A stretch of DNA of 64,000 bases from positions 94,623-158,622 of the IMG/VR virus record IMGVR_UViG_3300021962_000028. One strand, given 5' to 3'. The stretch comes from a virus. The position numbers were made by a program, and so were the translations under genes. Under the pieces are notes generated by a model, which saw only the letters and a list, made by a program, of their open reading frames with translations, did no database searches and had not been told where the DNA came from. Of this stretch, positions 38,727-49,176 are shown piece after piece; position 1 is the first letter of the stretch, and each line of letters opens with the position of its first letter.

Positions 38727-40516
38727 AAACTCTTAGTATAGAATCCTGACCCCTCATTGTTAAACTTGTCTTGGAATCCTTCAGGTAGTTTAGGTTCTGA
38801 ACCTTTTAAATTAATAAACATTAAGTTTGGTAAATTTAATACTGATGACGGAATACTTTCTAAGTTAGGATTGTCAGGTAATGCTAAGAATGATAAATTA
38901 GATAATTGACCTACTTCTTCAGGAATACTACTTACACAATTCATTAATAATAGAGCTTCTAAATTTTTAAATCGACTAATACTTTTAGGTAATGCGAATG
39001 TAAAATTATCTTTTGATTTATTATTAAATAAGAAATTAGTAATATCTGATGGTAAACTCGCGAATAATTCATCAAATCCATATAACGCAACAAATTTAGA
39101 TGAGTTACCGCTAGGGTATTCAATTTCAACTTTAGTTCCGTTAACCGCCAAATCTTTACCAAATTTAGGTTTCATTTCTTCCTTAAGTTTTCTTAACATA
39201 GGTGTGTTAAGTAACGCAATGTCTTCAGTACTTAATTGATTAACATTAGTTTGTTTTAATTTTTCAATTTTCTTACCAATATAATATCTAATCACTTCAG
39301 GTTCTGAAGACCCAATCATACTTGTACTTAAACTCATACCTAAAGCAATGTATTTTTTCTTTAAATCAGGTGTTAAATGAGCATATTGTTCGTCAGAAAG
39401 TCTAGGACTGTTATATTCTAACCACATCTCAACCTCCTGAGGTGAGTTAAAAGACTTCATAGGGTTGTCACCAACTCTGGCGTTTCTAACCGTATTGATT
39501 AACTGTCTTTCTTCTTGTGTGAGAGGTTTTGGTTCAAAAATATACTCTAATCCTTCTAATTTTGGAACTTTTGACACAATTTCACTAAATGGTATATTTG
39601 TACTACCACCATATCTACCTGAGTTAGATTTATCAGCCATAGACATTCTACCATTTGGGTCCACAAGGATTACCGTGGCGAAGTTTAAATCATCGAATGG
39701 TTTGTCCTCATCGATTACGTAATAAAGTGTTCTCTCGTGACCTAATCTGTAGTTATAATACATATTTCCACTACCTTCACGACTTGTACACCAACCTCGA
39801 CCGTTTCTTAATCTAATACATTGGTCTTTAGTTAGTGGTGCGAAAATTTTTAATCCATTTTCATCATATTTTAAATCAATGTTTCCAAAATCTTCTTTTT
39901 CTTTATCGGAAGCACTTTTCTTTCCTTGTAAACCATCTAAAAGGTGTTCTAATTCACTAAAAGACATCTTGTCAATACCTTTAGTATCAAAAGGAATTAA
40001 GTCGAAATTTTCCCCATAAGAATCAATATAATAAAGTATTTGGTCTTGAGTTAAATTAGGATTTTCTTTAGAAAACTTATTAATCATTTTCTTAGTTAAT
40101 AGTCTTGGATATAAATCGTCAACCATTTTAACTAAATTTAAAAAACTATACTTTAAAATGTTTTGTTTTTCTTTTGGTAATTCAGATTGAATTTCTAAAA
40201 ACTTTTTGATATATCTCTTAAGGTTATTATTTTCAATACCCTTTTCTTTTTTCTTAAATTCAGTAAAGATATCATCCATACTTCTCGCAGATTGTTTGGA
40301 CTGAATTAAAGATTTTAAATCATTATAAGAATATCTCATAATATCTCTCTTCTCAGCAGGCAAACCTTGTTTGTATCTGTCAAATAAATCGATATTAGAA
40401 ATTATTTCTTCACGGCTATCTGTAGTGTCAGCACTAAATTTGGAGTATAACTGATTTTTAACTTTTTCAGAAACCTCCAGTATAATATTTTTACTTAATA
40501 AGTTTAATAATTTCAT
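38723..40516 (-). CDS. Protein with helical repeats, WCT domain and C-terminal leucine-rich repeats
   Basis: LPKSISRFKNLEALLL, IPEEVGQLSNLSFLAL, IPSSVLNLPNLMFINL. Confidence 0.75.
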   Translation of the reverse strand: MKLLNLLSKNIILEVSEKVKNQLYSKFSADTTDSREEIISNIDLFDRYKQGLPAEKRDIMRYSYNDLKSLIQSKQSARSMDDIFTEFKKKEKGIENNNLKRYIKKFLEIQSELPKEKQNILKYSFLNLVKMVDDLYPRLLTKKMINKFSKENPNLTQDQILYYIDSYGENFDLIPFDTKGIDKMSFSELEHLLDGLQGKKSASDKEKEDFGNIDLKYDENGLKIFAPLTKDQCIRLRNGRGWCTSREGSGNMYYNYRLGHERTLYYVIDEDKPFDDLNFATVILVDPNGRMSMADKSNSGRYGGSTNIPFSEIVSKVPKLEGLEYIFEPKPLTQEERQLINTVRNARVGDNPMKSFNSPQEVEMWLEYNSPRLSDEQYAHLTPDLKKKYIALGMSLSTSMIGSSEPEVIRYYIGKKIEKLKQTNVNQLSTEDIALLNTPMLRKLKEEMKPKFGKDLAVNGTKVEIEYPSGNSSKFVALYGFDELFASLPSDITNFLFNNKSKDNFTFALPKSISRFKNLEALLLMNCVSSIPEEVGQLSNLSFLALPDNPNLESIPSSVLNLPNLMFINLKGSEPKLPEGFQDKFNNEGSGFYTKSF

Positions 40517-40599
40517 TATAATAATAATTTAAAAAATATAGTAATCTAGTTGCACTAGAAAGCTATAACTAGTAATAAATATCTATTTTTTGCAAAATT

Positions 40600-40836
40600 C
40601 TAATCTCTGAACACATTAAATTCATATCCTGTATATAAACTTAGTTTTTCACTGACATCTATTGATTGACTCGGGTATGAATTCATAGTAACTCCAATAA
40701 ATATTGCAGGGGTATCATCAACCCATTCTTGATTCTCGTTTAATTGTTGTCTTGGTAATACCTCAAAAGAAATAATCTCCATACCCAAGTCAGGGTACAG
40801 AGATTTTAAAATTTTTTCAACTAAGGGTTTATCCAT
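40600..40836 (-). CDS. Hypothetical protein
   Basis: ORF track. Confidence 0.6.
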   Translation of the reverse strand: MDKPLVEKILKSLYPDLGMEIISFEVLPRQQLNENQEWVDDTPAIFIGVTMNSYPSQSIDVSEKLSLYTGYEFNVFRD

Positions 40837-40872
40837 AGTCAAATAATAAATGTTATTGTATAATAATAAAGA

Positions 40873-41472
40873 TTACGGTTTTTTAGAAGTCACCATATCT
40901 TCAATTGACAACGCAATACCTTTACCGTATTCATTCCTTCTTGAAGGTTTCTCTTTAATAAAATAATCGTAACCTGTAATTACTTCTCCGTCTTTAAGTG
41001 GATGCCCGTCACCTTTAGTGTCTAACATACCTTTGATAGGTAAATCCCCACTTACTCTTAATTTTCCTTTAGTTGGTATTCCTTCATCATTAACAAAAAA
41101 TATCCAATTACCTTTCGCTCTTTCCATTGAAGGTGTGATTAATCTAGCCACATTATTTCCATTAAGACCTTCATCATTATTTTTAAAGTTTGCATTACTT
41201 TCATTATAACTTACACCTAGTTCATCCAAAGTAGGTAATTGTTTACCAGTATCGACAACTCTTCCTATTGAACCATCTTTTTTGTATTCTTTCATCCAAA
41301 CATCAAAACTATCTCCGTTAGAAATAAAATATAACTCTTCGGCAACTGTAGGTTCATTAACACCATCGTTCCTTCTGAAAATATAATCAAACGTTGGTAG
41401 GGCGTTTTCTGAAATAACCTTTCTAACAATCCTAACTAAGTCAGATTCTGTTAACTTTATAACTTTTTTCAT
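40873..41472 (-). CDS. Hypothetical protein with MKKVIKLTESDL leader
   Basis: Start moved to ATG 41472. Confidence 0.7.
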   Translation of the reverse strand: MKKVIKLTESDLVRIVRKVISENALPTFDYIFRRNDGVNEPTVAEELYFISNGDSFDVWMKEYKKDGSIGRVVDTGKQLPTLDELGVSYNESNANFKNNDEGLNGNNVARLITPSMERAKGNWIFFVNDEGIPTKGKLRVSGDLPIKGMLDTKGDGHPLKDGEVITGYDYFIKEKPSRRNEYGKGIALSIEDMVTSKKP

Positions 41473-41555
41473 TAAATTTTGTTTTATAGTAATAAATATT
41501 TTGGTTTTTAGAAAAAAAGTAGTATCTTCGTATTGTATAATTAAATAAGTCCTAT

Positions 41556-41954
41556 ATGAAAAAAGTAATCTCATTAATCGCCTTCCTTTTTGTAGTACAA
41601 TTTGGATTCTCTCAAGTTTTCTACAACCAAACTTCTAAAAATTTACGTTACGCAGGTGGTATGAGACCTGAGGTAATGGAATTACTCACTCCTGATGAAA
41701 AAACTATGTTGAATGACTGCATTGTTGAGTGTGGTGTTAACCCTGATTCTGTTGTATGGGTTACTAAAGAAGTGTACGATAAGTTGGATAACCCTGATTA
41801 TTACAATACTAAAGTTGTTTATAAAACAACTTCTAATCGATTAGGTGGTGTAAATGAGTATATTGGCCAAAATACCTTGGAAAAACCTCAATTTATGGTC
41901 TTTATAGACCGATATAATGGTGAATTTGAGGTAATCCTACAAATGTATCATTAA
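41556..41954 (+). CDS. Exported protein
   Basis: Signal peptide ending GFS-Q. Confidence 0.65.
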   Translation: MKKVISLIAFLFVVQFGFSQVFYNQTSKNLRYAGGMRPEVMELLTPDEKTMLNDCIVECGVNPDSVVWVTKEVYDKLDNPDYYNTKVVYKTTSNRLGGVNEYIGQNTLEKPQFMVFIDRYNGEFEVILQMYH

Positions 41955-41987
41955 AACAAAAAACCCTCATTACTGAGGGTTTTTTTA

Positions 41988-42377
41988 TTATTTTTCTTTT
42001 CCTGTTGAACAATCAACTTCCCAATTGGCTTGTTTCTGTCCATTATACTCTAAAATAGACCAACATCTACCTGTCATTGGGATATCAGCCCCTAAACAAG
42101 TACCAATACTATCACTTTCTCCATTATTAAATACATCTTTACCAACTCTAGGTTCTTTAATAAAGGTAATTACAGGTTTACCGTCTTCAGATACAATATC
42201 GGTTAAAGTGTAACTTTCAGGGTCGATAAGAGCTTCCCCACCTTCACATCTTTGGTAATAAATGTCACCTAAAGAGTCCTCAACAGTTTTTTGTTGTGGT
42301 TGTTCTGAAATTACTACACCTCTTTTGTAACCAAGAAGGTATTTCATCTCGTGTATTTCGTTAATGACTGACCTCAT
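41988..42377 (-). CDS. Hypothetical protein with INEIHEMK leader
   Basis: Start moved to ATG 42377. Confidence 0.65.
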   Translation of the reverse strand: MRSVINEIHEMKYLLGYKRGVVISEQPQQKTVEDSLGDIYYQRCEGGEALIDPESYTLTDIVSEDGKPVITFIKEPRVGKDVFNNGESDSIGTCLGADIPMTGRCWSILEYNGQKQANWEVDCSTGKEK

Positions 42378-42378
42378 A

Positions 42379-42657
42379 TTATGATAATTTATAAAGTTCT
42401 TTATCTCCAACTCTACAAAGTTTAGGACATCCATTTTCCATAACCATCATAACAACTCTACCATCAGTATTAAATATTTTACCACCAATAGTTTTCGCTA
42501 ATTCAAATTCTGAACAGTTTGGTTGTGATGTTTGTTTTACGCATTTTTCAGAATCAGTACCTGTAGGTGCCGCAGGTGCCGCAGGTTGTTCTAATATTAC
42601 ACTTTTGATTAACTGAGTTAATTCTCTCTCGTTAAGTCTTACTATTCTTTTTGCCAT
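42379..42657 (-). CDS. Small Cys-containing protein with RLNERELTQLIKSVILE leader
   Basis: ORF track. Confidence 0.7.
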   Translation of the reverse strand: MAKRIVRLNERELTQLIKSVILEQPAAPAAPTGTDSEKCVKQTSQPNCSEFELAKTIGGKIFNTDGRVVMMVMENGCPKLCRVGDKELYKLS

Positions 42658-42724
42658 AATTTTATAATTTTTTATTATAAATATCTATAGAAACAAAAAA
42701 CCCCACTTAATTGTGGGGATTTTT

Positions 42725-42910
42725 TTATTCAAATAAATTTCTAATTTTTGCCATTATCTCAACTTGTCGGTTCTCTAAAGTCCTAACTTTTTGAATCTGT
42801 TCCTGATTTAATTCAAAATTCTCTGATTTAATATCTGAGATTTGATTTGAAAGTCGTCTATGTTCGTTTAGAAGGTTTCCGTAGTCTTGGGCTTTTTGTT
42901 CTTGGTTCAT
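42725..42910 (-). CDS. Small coiled-coil protein
   Basis: ORF track. Confidence 0.6.
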   Translation of the reverse strand: MNQEQKAQDYGNLLNEHRRLSNQISDIKSENFELNQEQIQKVRTLENRQVEIMAKIRNLFE

Positions 42911-42956
42911 AATTTCTTTTTTTATAATAATAATTCTTTTAGTGATTTAATAAATA

Positions 42957-43337
42957 CTAATCCTGTTCTTTTGTAACTGATTTAATGGGTATTTTTACAG
43001 GATAAACACTATTAAACCATTCTTTTAATAACGGCTCAAAATAATCACCAAACATTATGATAATGTTTCTAAAGTCCCATTCGGAGTATCTTAATATCGG
43101 AAGTTCAAGGTCTTCACCAGCGTCCCCTCTGTCGTATTGTACTTGTAATATCCAAGAGTCATCTTCCCATCCATCTTCAATATCCTCATAATAATTAAAG
43201 ACATCTAAATCAACATACCTATTTTTTTCGTGAACCCAAAAATCATAACTTCTTTCACCCTCATCTAAATTAGAATAATTCCCCATTACCGTAGTAAAGA
43301 CTTTAAGTAATTGTTCGTTTGTAACTTTATAATCCAT
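42957..43337 (-). CDS. WF-family paralog
   Basis: C-terminal LLKEWFNSVY. Confidence 0.65.
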   Translation of the reverse strand: MDYKVTNEQLLKVFTTVMGNYSNLDEGERSYDFWVHEKNRYVDLDVFNYYEDIEDGWEDDSWILQVQYDRGDAGEDLELPILRYSEWDFRNIIIMFGDYFEPLLKEWFNSVYPVKIPIKSVTKEQD

Positions 43338-43338
43338 A

Positions 43339-44184
43339 TTAATTGTCTACTCTAACGATTTCAGGACTGTATCCTAAATCTCTCACTAATTCACGTGCTT
43401 TATCGGTAACCTCACGTTGTGTGGAATATCCACAACTACTTTGGAATACTAATTTAAGTTTAATATTAAAATTGTTACGTTCGTACCTGATTGAGTGTAT
43501 CCGAGAACCTCCTGGTATTTGTTTAATCTCCTTTTTAATCACTTTATTAAGAACTTTTTTAATCCATTCTTCCTCACCTATCATATTTGGACTACTACTA
43601 AATCTAAAATCTAATAATCCGTGAGATGGATTACCGTAAGACACTCCTAAAAAGTGTTCAAAATTATCTCTTAACGTACTACTAATTTTATTAATTGCTC
43701 GATACTCTTCAGTAGTTATATTTGAGTTAACAAATTTATTAAAATCGACATCAACACTACCGTACACCATATAAGGTCTTTCTTCCTCAAATTTAATAGT
43801 AACAAAATCAGGCAAATCTAAATTTTTAACTAAAATTTGTATCCCTTTCTTATATTTTTCAGTAAATTTATCTTTTTTAGCTAAAGATGGTAGTTTATGT
43901 AGACCTTTTTCAACCATTTCTTTACCCGCTGAAGCCATTTTAGCTGCAGGTCCACCGTATGACCTCGCATAAAGGTCAAATTCTTTACAAAATTCTTCAA
44001 AATAAGTCCTAACAATTAGTGACATAGGGTATCCACCGATGTCATCACCGTGTTTTTCTTTAACCCAAGGTCTAAACTTATGAATAAAAACCTCAATAAA
44101 GTCCTCATCGGAGTAATCGTTGAGGTGAATTTCGGTTATAACCTGTTTAACCACACTGTTTATGTCAAAATTGTTGTAATTCAT
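43339..44184 (-). CDS. Hypothetical protein
   Basis: ORF track; VKQVITE leader. Confidence 0.7.
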   Translation of the reverse strand: MNYNNFDINSVVKQVITEIHLNDYSDEDFIEVFIHKFRPWVKEKHGDDIGGYPMSLIVRTYFEEFCKEFDLYARSYGGPAAKMASAGKEMVEKGLHKLPSLAKKDKFTEKYKKGIQILVKNLDLPDFVTIKFEEERPYMVYGSVDVDFNKFVNSNITTEEYRAINKISSTLRDNFEHFLGVSYGNPSHGLLDFRFSSSPNMIGEEEWIKKVLNKVIKKEIKQIPGGSRIHSIRYERNNFNIKLKLVFQSSCGYSTQREVTDKARELVRDLGYSPEIVRVDN

Positions 44185-44210
44185 ACTGATAAATACTCAA
44201 TAATTTTTAA

Positions 44211-44591
44211 TTATGCGTAATTTACAGTTCGGTTATTATGATAATTGTCCTTAATATACTGTTTACGATATAAATCAATAAAGTGTCCATCCTCTTTTAC
44301 AAAAAAAATAGAATCTATTTTATCAAATAGAGTAGGTGCGAATGATAATAACATTTCCCCTATGGTTACATAGTCAAAAATATCCCCATTTGTAAGTTTA
44401 AACGTTGGATTAAAGGTTTGAGGGTCATAAACCATATATGGATTGATATTCAAAGCCTCAACACTATAAGTCCAAGTATGAGGTAAATCCATATCAGTAT
44501 GATTCTTCCATTGTGGATGCAAATGAAATTCCAACCCAGGGTATAGGGTTTTTAAAAAGAATTCTATTTGTTGAATTGTGGTCATATCCAC
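44211..44591 (-). CDS. Hypothetical protein
   Basis: ORF track; TATCTTTG upstream. Confidence 0.6.
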   Translation of the reverse strand: MDMTTIQQIEFFLKTLYPGLEFHLHPQWKNHTDMDLPHTWTYSVEALNINPYMVYDPQTFNPTFKLTNGDIFDYVTIGEMLLSFAPTLFDKIDSIFFVKEDGHFIDLYRKQYIKDNYHNNRTVNYA

Positions 44592-44622
44592 AAAGATACA
44601 AATAAATTAAAGACAAAACAAA

Positions 44623-45006
44623 TTATTTTGTGATGTAGGGAACAATCCCTTTACAATGTTCTTCAGTATTAATAAGAAATTTATCACTAAAAATCATCTT
44701 GTGATGTTCAAATATATTTGTGTTGGGAATTACCGATGTTATGATTAAAAACAACATATTAGAAAAATCAATCCCAATATTTTGATTATGTTCATTATTT
44801 TCAGGATTTAATGAAAAATCAATACAAATAACAAAATCTAAAGTGGGTACTAAATATGTTTGTCTATTAGGGTTAAATAATGAATTGAAAGATTCGGGTG
44901 TTACTCCTACATATTTGGCGTCAGGATACTTAGATAACAGGGTTTTTGAGAGAAGTCTCATAACCATTTCGTAATTGTCCTTAATTTCTTTTGAGTACCA
45001 TTTCAT
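44623..45006 (-). CDS. Hypothetical protein
   Basis: ORF track. Confidence 0.6.
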   Translation of the reverse strand: MKWYSKEIKDNYEMVMRLLSKTLLSKYPDAKYVGVTPESFNSLFNPNRQTYLVPTLDFVICIDFSLNPENNEHNQNIGIDFSNMLFLIITSVIPNTNIFEHHKMIFSDKFLINTEEHCKGIVPYITK

Positions 45007-45007
45007 A

Positions 45008-45475
45008 TTAACAAATCGGCATTTGTTTTATCTTCACCTTACCAAATATATCTGAAATAATGACATTTAACAACCCTCCATTCGGTTTTGTTCTAATATA
45101 TTCATATAATTTATCCACCATTTCTTTTGGAACGGTAACATTTGGACCAATCATCTTCAATAACAGTCCCATACCACCTGTTTTTTGTTGTTCCCAATTA
45201 TCGTGAACATATTTGATTGCTTCTCCCTCAGGCATTTTACTATCGGCACTAATCTTCACCAATAAATCATCAATTTGACCATAAATCGGTTTTAAATATC
45301 CGTCCACGTTACCACAAATTTTATTAACAGGGGTATTTTCCAATATGTCCCCCATAGAATTAACCATATTACTGATAATATCTTTATAATTGAACAAATT
45401 AAACCCTGTTTTCTCTTGTTCGTGTAGTCTCAAAATTGATTTCTTTTCCTCCTCGGTGATTATAAATTTTCCCAT
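45008..45475 (-). CDS. Hypothetical protein with MGKFIITEEEK leader
   Basis: ORF track. Confidence 0.7.
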   Translation of the reverse strand: MGKFIITEEEKKSILRLHEQEKTGFNLFNYKDIISNMVNSMGDILENTPVNKICGNVDGYLKPIYGQIDDLLVKISADSKMPEGEAIKYVHDNWEQQKTGGMGLLLKMIGPNVTVPKEMVDKLYEYIRTKPNGGLLNVIISDIFGKVKIKQMPIC

Positions 45476-45560
45476 AATAAATTATATTACCATAAATAGT
45501 TAAATAAACAAAAAACCCCACTCATAAGAATGGGGTTTAATTTTTTTTTCGTTAATTAGA

Positions 45561-45812
45561 TTACGCTTTAACTGTGCTTTCGATAACGTCATATCTATCA
45601 ACACCTTCCATATACAAACCACCGTTTGTATTATCTGCAATGTATTGTTCAACTTGTTCGAAAGTCATACCAGCAAACTGTGGAAAGTTTGCAGTAACGA
45701 AATCGAATTTAGTTCTCAATGTATGAGTACTTTCTGTAGTATCACCATCTTCAATACGAGTTATTTGCCAAGTCGTAGCTGCCGCCAATGTAGTAATTAA
45801 ATTTTCTTCCAT
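45561..45812 (-). CDS. Hypothetical protein
   Basis: ORF track; own promoter motif and terminator. Confidence 0.65.
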   Translation of the reverse strand: MEENLITTLAAATTWQITRIEDGDTTESTHTLRTKFDFVTANFPQFAGMTFEQVEQYIADNTNGGLYMEGVDRYDVIESTVKA

Positions 45813-45865
45813 AATAATGTTTTTTGTTTATCATAAATATTCAGATATCGTGGAAATCCACCACG

Positions 45866-46975
45866 TTATCTTAAATTTGTTAATGGTGGGTTCTTAAAGA
45901 TTGCGAAGTGATTATTTTCCACTCTATAGTTTTTATTATCAAATATCAATAATCCTTTAGGACCCGCAAAGATGAGGTATTGTACTGGTTTACTCTTATA
46001 GTTTTTCATTTGATAGGAGTTCACAACATACTCTTTGGTATTCTCATCAACCTTATACCAACTAAGTGGTTTAACCTGAGCATAACTCTCACCACTTTCA
46101 GTAGTAATTTCAAGGTCCTTACCGTCATATCTATCTTGTTTTGAACCCGAACAGAATTGTTTAATGTTCTTTGGGTCAATATTATACGGAGACTCAGTTA
46201 ATTTCTTAATTGCCAAGTTTTCAGTTTTGGTTCCCGAGTCATATGATTTAAGATTAATCTCAACAAGTTCTTCCATATACTTACCTCCCTTGAACAATCC
46301 TTCCGCATTATCATAAATCCATTGTTGGAAACTTTTAATACTAACTCCATCAGGGGTTTCCATATTATTAAACACTCCACGCATATACCATTCAATAAGT
46401 TTTTTGATAACCATTGGATTGGTGTCAAAATAATTAAGGATTGACCAAGCTTGACCTGGTATGTTTGTGTTTGGAATATCAATTAATCCGTCTTCACTAT
46501 TACAAATACCTTCACTATCGGTAAACCTATTTTTTCCAATATTACTTGGATATAATTTGTACAACGTGTCCAACATAAACTTAGGAAATCCTGAACTTGA
46601 TTTTTTCAAGAAATTCTCATCCAATTTAATATCGTGAGTTTCTAAAGTTTTCTTAATCTTGTCATACTCATCACTCAAAATATAAGGGGCTCCCGTAGAT
46701 TTTGTAAAATTAATTTTATCTACAGTGAAGTCAAACGCCTCCTTAGTTAAAACATTACTAAGTTTAACGGTAGAATTCGAATTGGCGTCTTTCATCTCCT
46801 TAATCTTCTCCGCATCTTCCTTAGACATTCCGTTTATATAAACAAATGATTTTTGATTTTTCGTATCAGGATTAAAGTTAGTAAAACGTACGACAATCTC
46901 ATTCGGAAATTCAATCTCCGTCTGTTGTTCAATAATTAAATTTTTATACTGACTCTCAGTTATTACTATCTTCAT
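45866..46975 (-). CDS. Leader protein with putative C-terminal PD-(D/E)XK nuclease-like domain
   Basis: MKIVITESQY; GTKTE...DRYDGKDL...AQVK. Confidence 0.5.
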   Translation of the reverse strand: MKIVITESQYKNLIIEQQTEIEFPNEIVVRFTNFNPDTKNQKSFVYINGMSKEDAEKIKEMKDANSNSTVKLSNVLTKEAFDFTVDKINFTKSTGAPYILSDEYDKIKKTLETHDIKLDENFLKKSSSGFPKFMLDTLYKLYPSNIGKNRFTDSEGICNSEDGLIDIPNTNIPGQAWSILNYFDTNPMVIKKLIEWYMRGVFNNMETPDGVSIKSFQQWIYDNAEGLFKGGKYMEELVEINLKSYDSGTKTENLAIKKLTESPYNIDPKNIKQFCSGSKQDRYDGKDLEITTESGESYAQVKPLSWYKVDENTKEYVVNSYQMKNYKSKPVQYLIFAGPKGLLIFDNKNYRVENNHFAIFKNPPLTNLR

Positions 46976-47238
46976 ACAATTTTTATTTATAAATACTTCG
47001 ACCTCCTTGTTTAGGATGACCAATTAATAGTTTACAGTAGACAGTTTACTGTAAACAGTCAATAGTCCAATAAATACCCGAAGGGGTTCGGACGGTCGGA
47101 AACGTCGGGGGGTAGGGGGGGACCGAGAAAATTCCGACGAAGTCGGTGAACGGTTACTGGCATACAATCAAAAGTATGAAATTATTCTACCAAACATAAA
47201 AAACCCCCACAATAAGTGAGGGTTATGTGATGAGGTTC

Positions 47239-47499
47239 TTATTCCCCGTCGAAGATGATACCCATTTCCTCACCGTAGATTTTATCTCTACGAATGTCCA
47301 TCTGATTTAACTCCTCTTCCAAGTTATCATAATACTCCTCGTTAGTAGGTTTCATTTCATAGGCGTTAGAACGGATGTATTCTTTCATCTCATCTTCGGT
47401 CATACCCTCCAATTCAGGGTAATTGTCTGTATCAACCTCAAGTGGCTCTCGGCAGATAAACGTACAGTAGGACTCAGTCCCGTAAACATTAATTTTCAT
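47239..47499 (-). CDS. Acidic hypothetical protein
   Basis: ORF track. Confidence 0.65.
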   Translation of the reverse strand: MKINVYGTESYCTFICREPLEVDTDNYPELEGMTEDEMKEYIRSNAYEMKPTNEEYYDNLEEELNQMDIRRDKIYGEEMGIIFDGE

Positions 47500-47530
47500 A
47501 TATAGTTGTTTTTGTTAATTATACAAATTA

Positions 47531-48166
47531 TTAATCACACTGACAAGTACCGTCCCCACCATTATCGGGGTGACACTTACAAAGATTAGGGTTATATTCA
47601 ATAACAGGTTCCTCCTTAAAGATAAAAACGTTAGAAGATTTTCCAACACTATCCAAATAGTCATAGACTTCCAACTCCTGACCCTTATACTGAATCCCAT
47701 CAATAATCTCCCAAAAACCTTCGGGGGTGTCAATAACATTCTGAGTATAAGTGAAGTCGACAATCTCGGGAACAACATCAGATTCAAAATCATAAGAGAA
47801 GATTCCACCCTTGTTCTCATCAACAGTAAAGAACACATCCTCAGTCTTAGTAGGGAAGACATCATACGATGTCAACTCAACATCGGAGGGGATTACCTCA
47901 TCGATATCAAATTTCAAAACAACATCACCATTTGCATCAATCAATTCAAAGTGAACGGTACCGTTATTAAACGGTCGGTTAATGTGAACCAAATCACCAT
48001 CCCAAATATCAAACTCCATCTCGTCATCGATGTCGAATCGAATCTCCCATAGTTCTTCGACCCCACGGTCCTCCTTTAGTTTTTCAATCTGTTCAGTTTC
48101 ATTTTTAGAGAGGGATTTCCCAATGAACTCCCCACTCCATCCGTAAGTATTTAATGTGTATTTCAT
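47531..48166 (-). CDS. Acidic hypothetical protein with Cys-rich tail
   Basis: ORF track. Confidence 0.65.
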   Translation of the reverse strand: MKYTLNTYGWSGEFIGKSLSKNETEQIEKLKEDRGVEELWEIRFDIDDEMEFDIWDGDLVHINRPFNNGTVHFELIDANGDVVLKFDIDEVIPSDVELTSYDVFPTKTEDVFFTVDENKGGIFSYDFESDVVPEIVDFTYTQNVIDTPEGFWEIIDGIQYKGQELEVYDYLDSVGKSSNVFIFKEEPVIEYNPNLCKCHPDNGGDGTCQCD

Positions 48167-48169
48167 AAG

Positions 48170-48421
48170 TTATTTGTTTTGATGAATTGGGTTTTTACAA
48201 TTACCCTTATGTGAACCCCATTGTTGTTTACCAGCTCCAACGACAATGTACTCACAACCTTCCAAACTATAGACTCTATAATTTTGGTCGTAGTATTCTG
48301 AGGTGTTATCCAACTCCATTCGATGAGGGTTGGGGGCATATGGTTTATCCTCACAGGACATAAACAATAGAGCGGCACCCAATACCATAAGTGCAATTCC
48401 AATAAACAATATTTTCTTCAT
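48170..48421 (-). CDS. Putative lipoprotein
   Basis: LFMSC lipobox; GCEY...HKGNCKNPIH. Confidence 0.65.
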   Translation of the reverse strand: MKKILFIGIALMVLGAALLFMSCEDKPYAPNPHRMELDNTSEYYDQNYRVYSLEGCEYIVVGAGKQQWGSHKGNCKNPIHQNK

Positions 48422-48425
48422 ATAT

Positions 48426-48788
48426 TTAAAAATTAATTTTCCCTTTATATTCTCTTTTTATTTTATCCAAATATTCCTGCATCCCAATAAGACACTGTTT
48501 ATAATCAGTAACCTCTCCCAACTTGAAACGGATATTCTCTTCCTCTCTCTTGAATAAATCCATAATGGAATTATTAATATCAGATAGAATCTCCTGATAT
48601 ATACGTTCTTTATCTCTATGTTCTTTTACTTGGGATTCCAATTCAAACACCTCGCCCTCCAATCTCTGTATCTCACTCTCTTGGAAGAACTCATCCATTT
48701 CCACATTCTTATGGTTATCGATGAATTCCTTAAGTCCCCGTTTTTTCTCCTCACCAAAGATATCCTCTAACTTAATCTCTTTTCCCAT
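48426..48788 (-). CDS. Coiled-coil hypothetical protein
   Basis: ORF track. Confidence 0.6.
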   Translation of the reverse strand: MGKEIKLEDIFGEEKKRGLKEFIDNHKNVEMDEFFQESEIQRLEGEVFELESQVKEHRDKERIYQEILSDINNSIMDLFKREEENIRFKLGEVTDYKQCLIGMQEYLDKIKREYKGKINF

Positions 48789-48936
48789 TTCCAAATTTAT
48801 AAAAGTTTAAAAACATCATCATCCCCAAACACAAATTGGTCATAGGGTGTAACAATCTATCGTTATATTCATAACACAATACATTCCCCAAGATAACTAA
48901 CAAGATACCCAAAATCAAAAACACTTTCTTTATCAT
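48772..48936 (-). CDS. 54-aa two-TM peptide
   Basis: Manual ORF MIKKVFLILGILLVILG...; TACCTTTG upstream. Confidence 0.5.
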   Translation of the reverse strand: MIKKVFLILGILLVILGNVLCYEYNDRLLHPMTNLCLGMMMFLNFYKFGNGKRD

Positions 48937-49084
48937 CACTACTTTTTTACAAAGGTAGTAAATTATATAAAATTTTCCAAAAATTTTTTTTCAGTATTTG
49001 AGGTCAAAATAAAAAGGGGGGTCGTGTTTATAGAAAATAAAAAATCCCCACCTATAAAGATGGGGATTAGTTAACACTCTTCGT

Positions 49085-49171
49085 TCATTTACCCTTAACA
49101 ATATCGTACCCGACTACTAAGGTTATAAGGAATACAATTACAATAAAAAAATAAAAACCATTCTCTTCCAT
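49085..49171 (-). CDS. 28-aa single-TM micropeptide
   Basis: Manual ORF MEENGFYFFIVIVFLITLVVGYDIVKGK. Confidence 0.4.
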   Translation of the reverse strand: MEENGFYFFIVIVFLITLVVGYDIVKGK

Positions 49172-49176
49172 TGTAA

